A stretch of DNA of 64,000 nt from Octopus vulgaris (Eukaryota): positions 79,112,001-79,176,000 of the forward strand of contig OX597831.1 of the NCBI GenBank assembly GCA_951406725.2. The letters run 5' to 3'. The translations under genes and the position numbers were made by a program. Of the stretch, positions 40,710 through 54,594 are shown piece after piece. Below the pieces are notes generated by a model. It ran no database searches and had not been told where the DNA came from. It was given only the letters and a program-made list of their open reading frames with translations. The first letter of the stretch is position 1. Each line of letters starts with the position of its first letter.

Positions 40710-41220
40710 AGGTCACTTTCGAGTGCTACTGGTAACATGTAACCCAGTACAACCTGTTGCATGGTCGGGTCGTCGGCGACTAAACCGGCAACCCCACCAA
40801 GCTTTCTTGGTGAGGAGGGTGTTTATTGGACACCCTGCGGGATGAAAAACAAAACCCGTCAAAGGGCGGAGGAACTCTTGAGAGTCAACGGCCATCCAAT
40901 AAATGCCTTAAGGATGTATCATGCGCGGGGACATAGAAATAATCGGACTCAATACCCGATCGCGCGGTTAAACCATTGAGAGTAAAGGACTCCCAGCCTT
41001 TGTGAGGGCATCTTTCTAGGAGAAGGTAACTCAGGTAACTGGGATAACTCCGACATAAAACCTGCGGCTCAGTGGTTACCGATGATGTTGACTTGTTCTT
41101 CTTTTCAGATTTTGGCTGATGTTGCTAAGTGAGTGAGATTGACTCAGTGCACAGCCTTTCCTCACTTTAAAAGATATCTCCTTGCACAGGCATTGCACGA
41201 TAACAACGTTGATTAAGCTT
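40710..41220 (+). mobile_element. Probable retroelement 5' region (RTE-like UTR)
   Basis: GC-richer non-coding island between microsatellites with a ctaggagaaggtaactc..aaacctgcggc motif reminiscent of RTE 5' regions; recognition only. Confidence 0.35.
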
Positions 41221-41291
41221 CGTGCAATGACCATACTCGATAACGAGGGGGCAGCCACCATGTTTACACGTATATAAAGAAATATATATAT

Positions 41292-41360
<69 letters not shown>

Positions 41361-41822
41361 CAGAAAGAGGAAGAGAGAGATTGATTGATTGGTTGATTTT
41401 TAACATAAATGTGAAGTTACACATGGTCTTACATATACACGTACATCTATACATGTGCGCGTGCCCTTGTGTGTGTGGGTGTCTTCTGCTGGTGTTGGCA
41501 TTACTCACCAACATTTTTGGTCCCTTTTACTGGAGTTGCGTTCAATGATATGTTATTTTATTTTATATTTCTTTACAAATTAGATTAAAGTAACTTTCCA
41601 CAATTTTACAAGCATTAGTGAAACGTCCTTCCAACCACATCTCACCATCTCTCTTCAGCTATGTCCTTTGGTTTGCTTCCTCAACTCTGCCTGGAAATCC
41701 TATACAGCTATCATAGTCTGGACATTTATCCCGCTGCTATCAATCTGTCCATTAATCTAACTTATATATCGGTATATCTATCTACCTGTCACTCGCCCTC
41801 TCTCTCTGTATGTATGTACATA

Positions 41823-41904
<82 letters not shown>

Positions 41905-41959
41905 TGTTGTTGGCATCCTTTTTGTCTCGGGAGACAATGGAGTTGCGCATAAAATAATC

Positions 41960-42121
41960 TAGTCCGAATTATACATCTCATTCCTAATACATCTGCTGTG
42001 GCTGTGTAGTCTTATCCTGGCCTGGACAAACACTCCCTCTGGCAGGTGCCGCAAATGTAGCGAAGACTTTGCCTGGCTGATTGTAATGTCATAGTTTCTT
42101 GTTGACGTATTTTCTTGTCTT

Positions 42122-42195
<74 letters not shown>

Positions 42196-43080
42196 ACTCC
42201 TTTGTATTCCCTCTTTTACGGTACGTCGCCAATCTCCACGGTTGCTGGCAACTGCTTCCCAATTGCTAATATTGATGTTGCAGGCCTTCATGTCCCTTTT
42301 TGCAAACATCCTTGTAACGTAAGAACGGTCTTCCCACAGACCTAGTACCCCTAGCAAGCTCTCCATAGAGTATGTCCTTGGGGATTCTGCCATCTTCCAT
42401 ACGGCTAACATGCCCAAGCCATCTCATACGTCTTTGTGTGAGGAGTGCAAACATGCTTGTATTCCTGCTTGCTTGAGGACATCTATGTTGGGGACATGAT
42501 TCTGCCATTTGATGCGAAGGATTTTCCGGAGGCAGAACAATTGAAATATGTTTAGGCGACGCTCTTGGCGTGTGTATGGCGTCCAAGTCTCACTTCCATA
42601 CAGTAGAGTGCTAAGTACACATGCCTGGTAAATCTTCATTTTTGTGGTCTTGGTCAGCTTATTTTTGTCCCATGCCCGTTTGCAGAGTTGGGCCATCACA
42701 GCAGCTGCCTTGCCAATGCGTATATTGAGCTCAGCATCAAGGGATAGGTTGTAGGTGACGGTAGCGCCAAGATAGATAAACTTCTCCACTTCCTGTAATC
42801 TGTGGTCTCCAAATGTATGTTTGGGATGTCCGATGTAGCCTGACCCAAGATGTTGGTCTTCCTGAGGCTGATAACTAAGCCAAAGTCGTTACATGCTTGC
42901 CCAAAACAGTTGATGAGCCTTTGTAGGGCTTCTTCTGTGTTAGATACCAAAGCGGCATCATCAGCAAATAGCATCTCCTTGATTAGGACGCTTCTGATTT
43001 TGGTCTTGGCACGTAGGCGCGAGAGATTGAACAGTTTCACGTCACTTCTACTGAGCAGAAACACTCCATCATCAGATGTC
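41960..43080 (-). mobile_element. RTE (BovB-like) LINE RT 3' part, frameshifted, with internal (AG)n expansion
   Basis: LFADDAAL, FGLVISLRKT, FIYLGAT, IYQACVLSTLLYGSETWT, RWLGHVSRMEDGRIPKDILYGEL. Confidence 0.93.
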
Positions 43081-43261
43081 TGAAAGGCATGTAAGAGCAG
43101 CAGCCTCTGCTACTGCTGATAATAATATTGCTGCTGCTATTACTACAATTACTGCTGCTTCTGCTAATGATGATAAATGCGGGTTCCCTGTATGAAGAAT
43201 AATGGTTAAAAATAAATATATAAATAACATTTTAAAAAATGAAACATTTAACAATAATTTA

Positions 43262-43584
43262 ACATATATATATATATATATATGCTTGTTTCTTCTCGAG
43301 CCATGCCTGGCTCATAGGCCCGGTTTTCCGGTTTCCTTGGCGTATAGGTTCCCCTCCTCGTCTGGACGCCGGTCCGTCGCAGGTGAGCTGCAAGATGCAG
43401 AAGGAAAGAATGAGAGAAAGTTGTGGCGAAAGTGTCAGCAGAGGTTCGCCATTACCTTCTGCCAGAGCCGCGTGGAGCTGAGGTGTTTCGCTCGTAAACA
43501 CACACATCGCCCGGGTCTGAGATCGGAAGCCGCGATCCCTCGACCGCAAGTCCGCTACTCTAACCACTAGGCCATGTGCCTCCA
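43262..43584 (-). mobile_element. tRNA-derived SINE related to family C
   Basis: Minus-strand head ggaggcacatggcctagtggttagagtagcggac. Confidence 0.8.
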
Positions 43585-43635
43585 CAATATTTATGTGTGT
43601 GTGTGTGTATGTTTCATTAAGTGGTACAATCTTCA

Positions 43636-44052
43636 TCAAAATCTCAGTGGGTGTTTTTGCAGCAACAAATCTCCTCTCGAGATTGTCTCATGATAGCAAT
43701 GATATTTTCTGGAAATTTATCTTAGATTCTGGATCTTGAGCAATTTTCAGTTTATTCTCAGCATTTTCAAGCACCTAAGCACAGGAAACATTACGATAGG
43801 ACTCTCACGCTGAGCAGAAGAATTCTCTGAGCCAGAGGCCCTGATGAACGAGATAAAAGCCGACCATTGCATAAATAACAATGGCTGACTCTGCAATTCT
43901 GTTCAGAACAAACTGTTGATCAATAATCTTCGTTGCATACTGCGTCAACAATGATTCGACAGCGGAAACAGTGAAATGGCTTTGGAGGTCTTCTCGACTA
44001 TTTTGGTGCGATATGGATGGACGTATTCTTTTAATGAAGGACCAGAGTTTGT
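43636..44052 (-). pseudogene. Processed pseudogene fragment of very-long-chain acyl-CoA dehydrogenase (ACADVL/ACAD9 family) C-terminus
   Basis: Across frameshifts: SGPSLKEYVHP..KAISLF / SAVESLLTQYATKIIDQQFVLNRIAESAIVIYAMV / LSRSS..SAQRE / ..HPLRF*; collinear with the VLCAD tail (LVHP..QF.L.R.A..AI..YAMV..LSR.S..NPLGF*); no introns. Confidence 0.8.
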
Positions 44053-44284
44053 TGAACTTAAATCGACCCAGGGTCTTATTCTTTTGAAGCCTGGTACTTA
44101 TTTTATTGGAGTCTTTTGTCGAACCGCTAAGTTACGTGGACATAAACACGCCAACACAGGTTGTCAAGCGATGATGGGTGGACAGACACAGATAGAAACG
44201 CAGCAGTGACATGACTAAAACATTTGAAAGAATGAAAGAATTAGTATAAAAATGAGAATTGTCAATTTAATTAAAAATTTCCAT

Positions 44285-44374
44285 ATGTGACTGAAGATTG
44301 CTCTACATTTTAAAACTGATGTAATACTTACATTGTTTAATAAAATGAAGTAGTATGAAACGATTGTACTACAC
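44285..44374 (+). ncRNA. Decayed type I hammerhead with long stem II
   Basis: TGTGA-CTGAAGA-TTGCT..CATTTTA/TAAAATG..AGTAT-GAAA-CGATTG-TA-CTACA; just upstream of a (TA)n tract. Confidence 0.5.
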
Positions 44375-44395
44375 TACCTTTGGATATCCTTGTTG

Positions 44396-44465
<70 letters not shown>

Positions 44466-44718
44466 CATACACAGCATGGTACAAATGTAAGTATACAGTT
44501 ATGAAAACAGAATACGCGTACAATACTCATGTTTTTATCAAAAAAATTATAAGTTACGATACAAGTATTATCATAGTTATCATTAATGTATAATTGTGAT
44601 TAATGATACTGAAAATATCAAAAATGAGCCAAACTGATTTAATATGCTAATAATTAAATAAATTAATTATTATAACATTGGTGTGATACTTACTGTATAC
44701 CTATCTTTTGCACGCACC

Positions 44719-44816
<98 letters not shown>

Positions 44817-44911
44817 CATATATATACTTTATTTAAAAGCATATTACTCTACCCCTGGTATTTGAGTACACTTTTTTTCCATCTTGTTTCACATTTATGT
44901 GTTTACTCCAG

Positions 44912-44944
<33 letters not shown>

Positions 44945-45071
44945 GTATTTATATATATATATATATATATATATTACATACATATTTATTCATATTTATA
45001 CACACACATACACACATATATACATATATATACATATATGTATATGTGCATATATATATATATATAATATC

Positions 45072-45388
45072 ATTATCAAGCTGCAACAAAAACAAAGAGA
45101 TCTAAAGGATACAAATTGATTTATTAATTAATTAACATATTCACCTACAATTGTTTCATTTCACAAAGAAAGTTTTGAAACTACAAAGCATAATGTAATC
45201 CTTCTATCTTCCTCTGTACACCCAGCTGAGTTTCCATCCAAGGTATTTTAAAATGCAAAATTATATAATTGTATATGTTTTGTAGCTTTAATTTTGGTTG
45301 AGAAATGAAACAATTGTAGGTCGATAAGTTAAGTAATTAGTAAATTAATTTGTATCCATTTGATCGCTCTGTTTTCTAACTCGATAAT
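45072..45388. repeat. Imperfect inverted repeat, about 120 bp arms
   Basis: Perfect 20 bp core acctacaattgtttcatttc (45143-45162) / gaaatgaaacaattgtaggt (45302-45321), with homology extending both ways. Confidence 0.85.
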
Positions 45389-45500
45389 AATGCTTGATAT
45401 CTTTCGATATTTTATGTAAAATATTCATTGAAGAAATATCTCTTCAAAATATAATATATTAAACAATATCCCTGTAGGACGTTCAAAATATCCTCATAGT

Positions 45501-45581
<81 letters not shown>

Positions 45582-45960
45582 GTATATATATATATATCTA
45601 TATATATATATATATATATATACAGAGAGAGAGAGAGGGAGAGAAAAACAGACAGACAGACACTCAGCGTGCAAGTACGCAATTTTAAAGACAAAGCAGT
45701 CTACATACATGTACACTGCTTTGTCTCTATACATGTGTGACTGTACATACATGTACAATGACACATGTAGGCATATACGTATTTGTATATACATATATAT
45801 ACAGAAATAAACATACAATACACTGTAGACACATACATGCACACATATCTTTTCATGCATGCATTTATACACGCGAATACGCGCATACGTACACATACAC
45901 ACACGCACACACACACACACACACACACTTATGCACATTCACAAACACATTCAATCACAT

Positions 45961-46007
<47 letters not shown>

Positions 46008-46496
46008 CCAGTCATTAATTAATAGCTTAGTTACCCCAACACCGCCAACAACAAGAGCATCAACACCAAATTCAGCCGCCGCCACCACCACCACCACCAC
46101 CACCGCTACTATAACTACTACCTCCACTACCACCACCAGCCCTCCACAAACGTTATCTGTCTCATCAATACACCTCCCCCGCCCCCCAGACATTTGCCCG
46201 TCTTATCATTGTTAACATCAACATCTAAGACTTCCCCCACCACCGACACCCACCCCACCAGCACCGTCTCCATTCACCAACGCACAGTGTTTACTACTCG
46301 TACTAAACTAAACACATACCATGCACTACCTGCCACCACCACCGCCACCACCGGCTCCGACACTGACAACAACAAACGCTTACCACCGACGCCGCCATCG
46401 CCGACGGCAACAGAACCACTGTGACAATGACGATGACGATGGCAAACGGACATAACAGCCATTAACGATGACGGTGGAGAACGATTAGATATGCTT

Positions 46497-46623
46497 CGTC
46501 ATCACCGTCATCATCGTCATCATCATCATCATCATCGTCATCATCTTCATCGTCATCATCATCATCATCATCAAACATCATCATCATCAAACATCATCAT
46601 CATCATCGTCATCATCTTCATCG

Positions 46624-46658
<35 letters not shown>

Positions 46659-46665
46659 TTCATCG

Positions 46666-46703
<38 letters not shown>

Positions 46704-46801
46704 TTCATCGTCATCATCATCATCATCATCGTCATCATCTTCATCGTCATCATCATCATCATCATCAAACATCATCATCATCATCGTCATCATCTTCATC
46801 G

Positions 46802-46836
<35 letters not shown>

Positions 46837-46843
46837 TTCATCG

Positions 46844-46878
<35 letters not shown>

Positions 46879-46976
46879 TTCATCGTCATCATCATCATCA
46901 TCATCGTCATCATCTTCATCGTCATCATCATCATCATCATCAAACATCATCATCATCATCGTCATCATCTTCATCG

Positions 46977-47011
<35 letters not shown>

Positions 47012-47018
47012 TTCATCG

Positions 47019-47053
<35 letters not shown>

Positions 47054-47151
47054 TTCATCGTCATCATCATCATCATCATCGTCATCATCTTCATCGTCAT
47101 CATCATCATCATCATCAAACATCATCATCATCATCGTCATCATCTTCATCG

Positions 47152-47192
<41 letters not shown>

Positions 47193-47345
47193 TTCATCGT
47201 CATCATCATCATCATCATCGTCATCATCTTCATCATCATCAGCATCATCATCATCAAACATCATCATCATCATCGTCATCATCTTCATCGTCATCATCAT
47301 CATCATCATCAAACATCATCATCATCATCGTCATCATCTTCATCG

Positions 47346-47380
<35 letters not shown>

Positions 47381-47387
47381 TTCATCG

Positions 47388-47422
<35 letters not shown>

Positions 47423-47520
47423 TTCATCGTCATCATCATCATCATCATCGTCATCATCTTCATCATCATCATCATCATCATCATCAAACATCATCATCAT
47501 CATCATCATCATCTTCATCG

Positions 47521-47555
<35 letters not shown>

Positions 47556-47562
47556 TTCATCG

Positions 47563-47606
<44 letters not shown>

Positions 47607-47615
47607 GTCATCATT
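46497..47615. repeat. (CAT)n microsatellite with about 175 bp higher-order repeat
   Basis: Marker tcaaacatc at about 46571, 46587, 46765, 46940, 47114, 47254, 47309, 47484. Confidence 0.92.
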
Positions 47616-48573
47616 ATCATTATCACCTGTAGCAGTGGCAGCGGCAGCAGCAGCAGTTTTTTCATTATTACCATCGTCGTCGTCGTCATCATCATCGTTA
47701 TCATTATCATGATCAAGAACAACGACATCGTCACTGACGCGGTCGTTCTCCATTTCCTCCTCCTCCCCTTCCTCCTCGTCCTCCTCCTCATCATCATCAT
47801 CATCTCCTCAACACTGCTACCAACACCACCATCACCACCACCAACACCGATCAGCCATCGTCATCATCATCATCATCTTCATCACCATCACTATCATAAT
47901 CAACAACAACATCTCCACCGGCGTTTCATCCTCCTCCTACTCCACATCATTCTTCTACTCTTCATCCTTATCCTCCTCTTCATTATCACCATCACCACCA
48001 CCCTCATCATCATCACCACCATCATCATCATCCTCTTTGTTACCGTAATCATCGTCGTCATCACCATTATCACCATCGTCATCGCCAAAACCACCATTAT
48101 GTGTGTGTATATGTATGTTTCTGTGTCTCTGTCCTCCCCAACATCGCTTGACAACCGATATTGATGTGTTTACGTCCCCCTAATCTAGCGGTTTGGCAAA
48201 AGAGACCGATACAAATAAGTACTAGGCTTACAAATAATAAGTCCTGGCGGGGTCGACGTGTTCGACTAAAGGCGGTGATCCAGCATGGCTGCAGCCAAAT
48301 GACTGAAACAAGTAAAGGAATAAAAGAAAAGAAGAAATTGTCAACCCAACCACATCTTGGAAGGAACCAGTAGGAAGTCACTTAGGATGGTAGAAATAGC
48401 AGCCAAATTAACTCCAGTCTCACTTCACTAACACCTTCAACAAAAATCGTGTAGGACGATTTAATGTCCCAGATACATAAAATGTCGTGATCGTCACGGC
48501 TGGAATACTTTTGATCAAGGCTCGGTTAAATCAAGGCTAACTGTTTGAGGGAGTATCTTGGTAGTCGCTCAAC

Positions 48574-48908
48574 CGACTTTGCCTTTCATCCTTTCAGAAG
48601 CGATAAATTAAGTACCAGTGGCGCACTAGGGTCGATGTAATCGACTTAATCCGTTTGTCTGTCCTTGTTTGTCCCCTCTATGTTTATCCCCTTGTGGGTA
48701 GTAAAGAAATAAGAAACGTTACCACTCTGGGCGAAATACTTAGCGGTATTTCGTCTGCTGCTACGTTCTGAGTTCAAATTCCGCCGAGGTTGACTTTGCC
48801 TTTCATCCTTTCGGGGTCGATAAATTAAGTACCAGTTATGCACTAGGGTCGATCTAATCGACTGGCTCCTCCCCCAAAATTTTGGGCTTTGTGCCTAGAG
48901 TAGAAAAG
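48574..48908 (+). mobile_element. SINE family A, two tandem partial copies
   Basis: Core occurs twice. Confidence 0.85.
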
Positions 48909-49115
48909 AGTACTTTTGCAAATACCAGCAACATTCTACCACCAATACCAGCCACCCCACCGAAACCATCACGCTAATCTTTCATCATGCCAGCCATTGA
49001 TTGAGGCAATCTCTGGTCGTTCAGCTTGGTTGATATAGCAGTCGAATTTCCCTCAAATCAGAACCTGCCATGGAGGTGGTGGTGGTGGTGGTTACGTGCA
49101 GAGTATGATGGCGGT

Positions 49116-49334
49116 AAGGCGGCGAGCTGGCAGAAACGTTAGCACGCCGGGCAAAATGCTTAGCGGTATTTCGTCTGCCGCCACATTCTGAGTTCAAATT
49201 CCGCCGAGGTCGACTTTGCCTTTCATCCTTTTGGGGTCGATAAATTAAGTACCAGTTACGCACTGGGGTTGATGTAATCGACTTAATCTGTTTGTCTCCT
49301 CTGTGTTTATCCTCTTGTGGGTAGTAAAGAAATA
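49116..49334 (+). mobile_element. SINE family A, full-length
   Basis: aaggcggcgagctggcagaaacgttagcacgccgggc head through to the tail. Confidence 0.9.
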
Positions 49335-49950
49335 GGCATTTGTGTGGTATAAGGGAATGGCTGCGGTGATGATGGCGATGTTTGTGCGAGAGGTAAATTT
49401 CGTGGTTATAATTATACATGGTTTTTGTTTCACTGTACGTTGGGAAAAAAATGTCGTGATGGTCATGAGTGGAATGTCTTTGATCATAGAGCACCTAAAC
49501 TGCAACCACGCCAACGAGCATACAATAGCCTCTCGACCAACACACAAGTAGAGCCAGCACAATACCACCACCAGCATCACCTCCACCAGCACTCTTCCAC
49601 CTCCTCCTCCTCCACCTCATCATCATCATCATTATCATCATCATCATCCTTCCTCCTCTTCCCCTCCTTCTCCCCCTCCTCCTCCAATAGTTTTTTTTTA
49701 GGCCACTTCAACGTATTCGCCTTCATTCATTTCGTCTCGTTTCATGATTTGCCTCGCAGGTATCACGTCGAAAGTGTCACTGTTTAATGTGATGTAGTGA
49801 ACGCATGAATGTGCGAGCGCGCGCGCGTGGTGTGTATGTGTATGTATTCGTGTGCGCGTGCGCGTATATATGGTGTATTGTGACATTATGTATGTGGGTA
49901 TACAATTGTACTGAGTACTGTGTGATGTGTTGTTTTATATACATACATAC

Positions 49951-50028
<78 letters not shown>

Positions 50029-50127
50029 GTATATATATGTATGTATACATATATATGTGTATATGTATATATATGTATGTATATATATATGTATATATAT
50101 GTATATATATGTATATATGTGTGTGTG

Positions 50128-50186
<59 letters not shown>

Positions 50187-50195
50187 CATACATAC

Positions 50196-50236
<41 letters not shown>

Positions 50237-50241
50237 CATAC

Positions 50242-50322
<81 letters not shown>

Positions 50323-50456
50323 AGTATGTGGTTTGTAGTGTCGGCAGTGTTTTCGGGTGTGGAGTGGCGGGGGTATGTGTATTGTGTAGGGGTATTGTGT
50401 TATGAGCGACAATCCACACACGTCAATACTGTGTGTGTGTTAGAGAGAGAGAAAGC

Positions 50457-50487
<31 letters not shown>

Positions 50488-50654
50488 CAAGAAACCAAGA
50501 GGGGACAACTCTTCACAAAAACTGACGTGGAGGATGTCAAAAGTATCTAAGCACATGTCGGCATAGTATTGGTTCATACACATACACACGCACATAAAAA
50601 CACACACACACACGCGTAGAAAACAAGCGAACAAACAAACATATACATATTAGA

Positions 50655-50820
50655 CGCAGGGTGGGTGTGTTTACTTCCCAATCAAATGGTTTCGGGTTCA
50701 GTCCCACTGCGTGGCACCTTGGGCAAATGTTTCTAATATAGCCTCGGACAGACAAAAAATCATGCGACTGGATTTGGTTGACGGAAACTGAAAGAAGACC
50801 GTCGTGAATATATATATATA

Positions 50821-50867
<47 letters not shown>

Positions 50868-51062
50868 TGGTGTGTCTGTGTTTGTCCACCATCATCGCTT
50901 GACAACTGATGCTGGTTTGTTTACGTCCTCGTTAGCGGTTCCGCAAAGAGACCGATAGAATAAGTACTTAGCTTACAAAGAATAATTCCTGAGGTCGATT
51001 TGGTCGTCTAAAGGCGGTGCTCTAGCATGGCCGCAGTCAAATGACAGAAGCAAATAAAAGAA
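50655..51062 (+). mobile_element. SINE family B with internal (TA)(GT) microsatellite
   Basis: Collinear with 60507-60915. Confidence 0.8.
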
Positions 51063-51644
51063 CGAAGAATAGAAGAATACTGACGCATGGCGCAAAACAG
51101 CATTCGAGCAAGCAGAGTCGTTTATGCGTCGAACAAAATGTTTAACGCCATTTTGTCCGACTTTATATTCTCTGATCAAATTCCGCCGAGTTCGCGTTTA
51201 TCTTTCATCTTTAAAGGGTTGATGAAAGAAGTACCAGCTTTTGTCAGCCCTGGGGCACGGGACACGGTGTAATCGACTGACCACGCCCTCCACCAACATT
51301 TCAGGCTTTTTACCGATAGTTGAAAGAATTTTTATCATTAAGACAACGAGATGGTCGGTGGGGTGGCAGAATCGATGGCACACATTGCAAAATGCTCAGC
51401 GGTATTTCGTCTGTATTGACGTTCTGAGTTCAAATTCCGCCGAGGGTCGATTTTACCTCTCATCCTTTCGGGGTCGATAAAATAAGTACCAGTTGAACAC
51501 TGGGACCGATGTAATTAACTCATTCCCAATTCCTTCAAGCTGCCCTTGAGGCAAAAATTTGAAATAATTATTACGGGTGCGAGCTGGCAGAATCGTTAGC
51601 ACGCCGAGCGAATTGCTTAGCGGTATTTCACCCGACGCTACGGT

Positions 51645-52300
51645 CCAGAGAACAAGGAGTTATCATTCCACTTTTCTCTTCCTTTGTACGGCCAGGACTC
51701 GAATACTGCTGCCCCTTGTGGTCTCCCCATACAATACATCTCAAAAATTGAATCACCCCAGAGGGCATTCTCCAAACGAATTAAGGGCATGACTGATCTC
51801 GATTACTGGGACCGCCTTAAAGCCTTGAAACTCTACACTCTCCAGCGCCGCTGCGGGTGGAACATCATTTGTACGATGTGGAGAATATACCGCCAGTATT
51901 GCCCAAACGACCGGAACATTAGCTTCAGGGTTCATGTAAGGCTGGGACCACGGGCCATAAGTCTCTTGCCCAATTCAGGATCACAACATATAGGGACACT
52001 GTGACACAATTTCTTTTCCTCAACAAGCCCTCTCTGTTTAACATTGTCCCAAAACTGATTAAAGAGGGAAATGACCCCATCACCTTTAAACGGAGTCTGG
52101 ACAAATTCCTTCAACGAATACCAGATAAGCCACCCATACCTGGATACAACTCACCCAGCAAGGACTCTCTACTTGAATGGACCATGATACCACAAAACTT
52201 ATATTAAAATGGATTTAGATAATCCTATCAGGTGGTGCTGTTAAGTTAGACATGGCCTGGATCAATCTTTGGTCGAAACATGTCTAAGTTTATCTAAGTG
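51645..52300 (+). mobile_element. CR1/L2-like LINE 3' fragment
   Basis: RLEYCCPLWSP, IESPQRAFSKRIKGM..LDYWDRLKALKLYTLQRR, LFNIVPK..FKRSLDKFL; short tctaagt tandem tail. Confidence 0.85.
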
Positions 52301-52769
52301 TACTTGCCTCAGTAGTTTGACTGCAGCTATGGTGGAGCACCGACTTGAAGAAATTTTAGTGGAATAAATCAAACGCAGTACTTATTATTTTCAAGCCTGA
52401 TATTTAAGTTATCGGTCTTTCTTTTGCCGAATTCTTTGGCGAATACGCTTGGCTCTACCCTACGAGTACCTATAACTCTTCTACAAAACAGCGAAACATT
52501 TATATCAGGCAGACAAGGCAGGCTCTTTCATTGGCTCTGTGGTATTGACAGTAGTGGTGGTGGAGGTGGTGGTGGTGGTCGTCGTCGTCATCATGGAATT
52601 CGTGGCCGTTGTTCTCGTCGTCGTAGTCGTCGTCGTCGTCGTCGTCGCCGTCATCGTCATAGAGACAGTCGTTAGTGTTGATGTCGGAATTATAGCAAAT
52701 TATGGAGTGGAGTGCAGTTGGTAGTCTTGTCAGCACTGAAAAAGTAGCAGCAGTAGTAGTAGTAGTAGC

Positions 52770-52876
<107 letters not shown>

Positions 52877-53715
52877 GAGTGCGGTGGTATCAGAGATGGT
52901 GGACTTAAGAGAAAACAGTAGTAGCATTAGTAGTAACAGTCGTAGTAGAAGTAGTAGTAGTATTGGTGGAATTGGTGGTGGTGGTGGTGGTGGTGGTGGT
53001 AGCTTTGGACAAGGAATCGGTACTGATGGTAGCAAAAGGGAGTTGATGCGACAGTGATCGTCATGAACTCTAAAGATGGTTTGAATGGTGTAATGGCTGT
53101 AATAGAAGGTGGTGGTCGTGGCAGCGGCGGCGACAGCGGTGGTGGCGGTGGTGGCGGTAGTGGTGGCGGTGGTGCCGATGGTGGTGGTGGAATAATGTGT
53201 TGGCTGATAGATGAGTTTGTTACTGAGAATTGACGATGTACTTCCTAAAGGCTAAAAAATTATTAGAAACTCGTTTTACTTTTCCTTTCCTGTTTCATTT
53301 AATCCCCCCACTCTAACCCCACCTCCACCCTGCCCTATAATACTCTCGTTCTCTTTACCATCTTCTTCGTCCTTCTCCTCGCTTCTTCATAAACACTCCT
53401 TGTCCCCGCCACCGCCATCCTCTCTTCGTCGCAATCCGCCGATGTCTTCTTTGTTGCAGTTCGGAGTTCATTTTCTTGCGAAGGAATTTTTAACGTGTTT
53501 ATACTTTCCTTTGTTTTACGTAAATTTTTTATTATTTTTGTTTTTGTCTTTAGTGTATTGCTTTACTCTGCGTGGGAAGGGAATGTCCCCTCTATCCGAC
53601 ATGCACAATTTGAATATGTGGCCTTAGGTCTACTGAAACACAAGCGCATATATATATGTATATATCTGTACTGTACACATATATATTTATATATACATTT
53701 ATGTATGTATATGTA

Positions 53716-54135
<420 letters not shown>

Positions 54136-54182
54136 ACAAACACAGACACAAACAACAAACACATACATATATATTCATATAT

Positions 54183-54331
54183 ACGACGGGCTTCTTTCAG
54201 TTTCCATCTACCAATTCCACTCACAAGGCTATAGTAGAAGACACCTGCCTAAGGTGCCAACTAGTGAGACTGAACACAGAACCATGTGGTTGGTAAGCAA
54301 GCTACTTACCACACAACCACTCCTGCGCCTT
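54183..54331 (-). mobile_element. SINE family B, 5' part
   Basis: Reverse complement of the ggcgcaggagtgg..ggtaagtagcttgc head. Confidence 0.8.
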
Positions 54332-54532
54332 TATATATATATAAACAATTAATTAGATAGAAGAATTCAATTGACAATCCAATTTATGTTATAATATAAC
54401 GTAATATTCTGTGAGTACAATATAAGATAACATAAAAGTCATTAATAAAACCAAAATGGCCAACAATTTGTTTCGACTTTATACATTATTTGATTTATAA
54501 ACAATACATATCCACTTATGTAAGTCTCTTTA

Positions 54533-54594
<62 letters not shown>

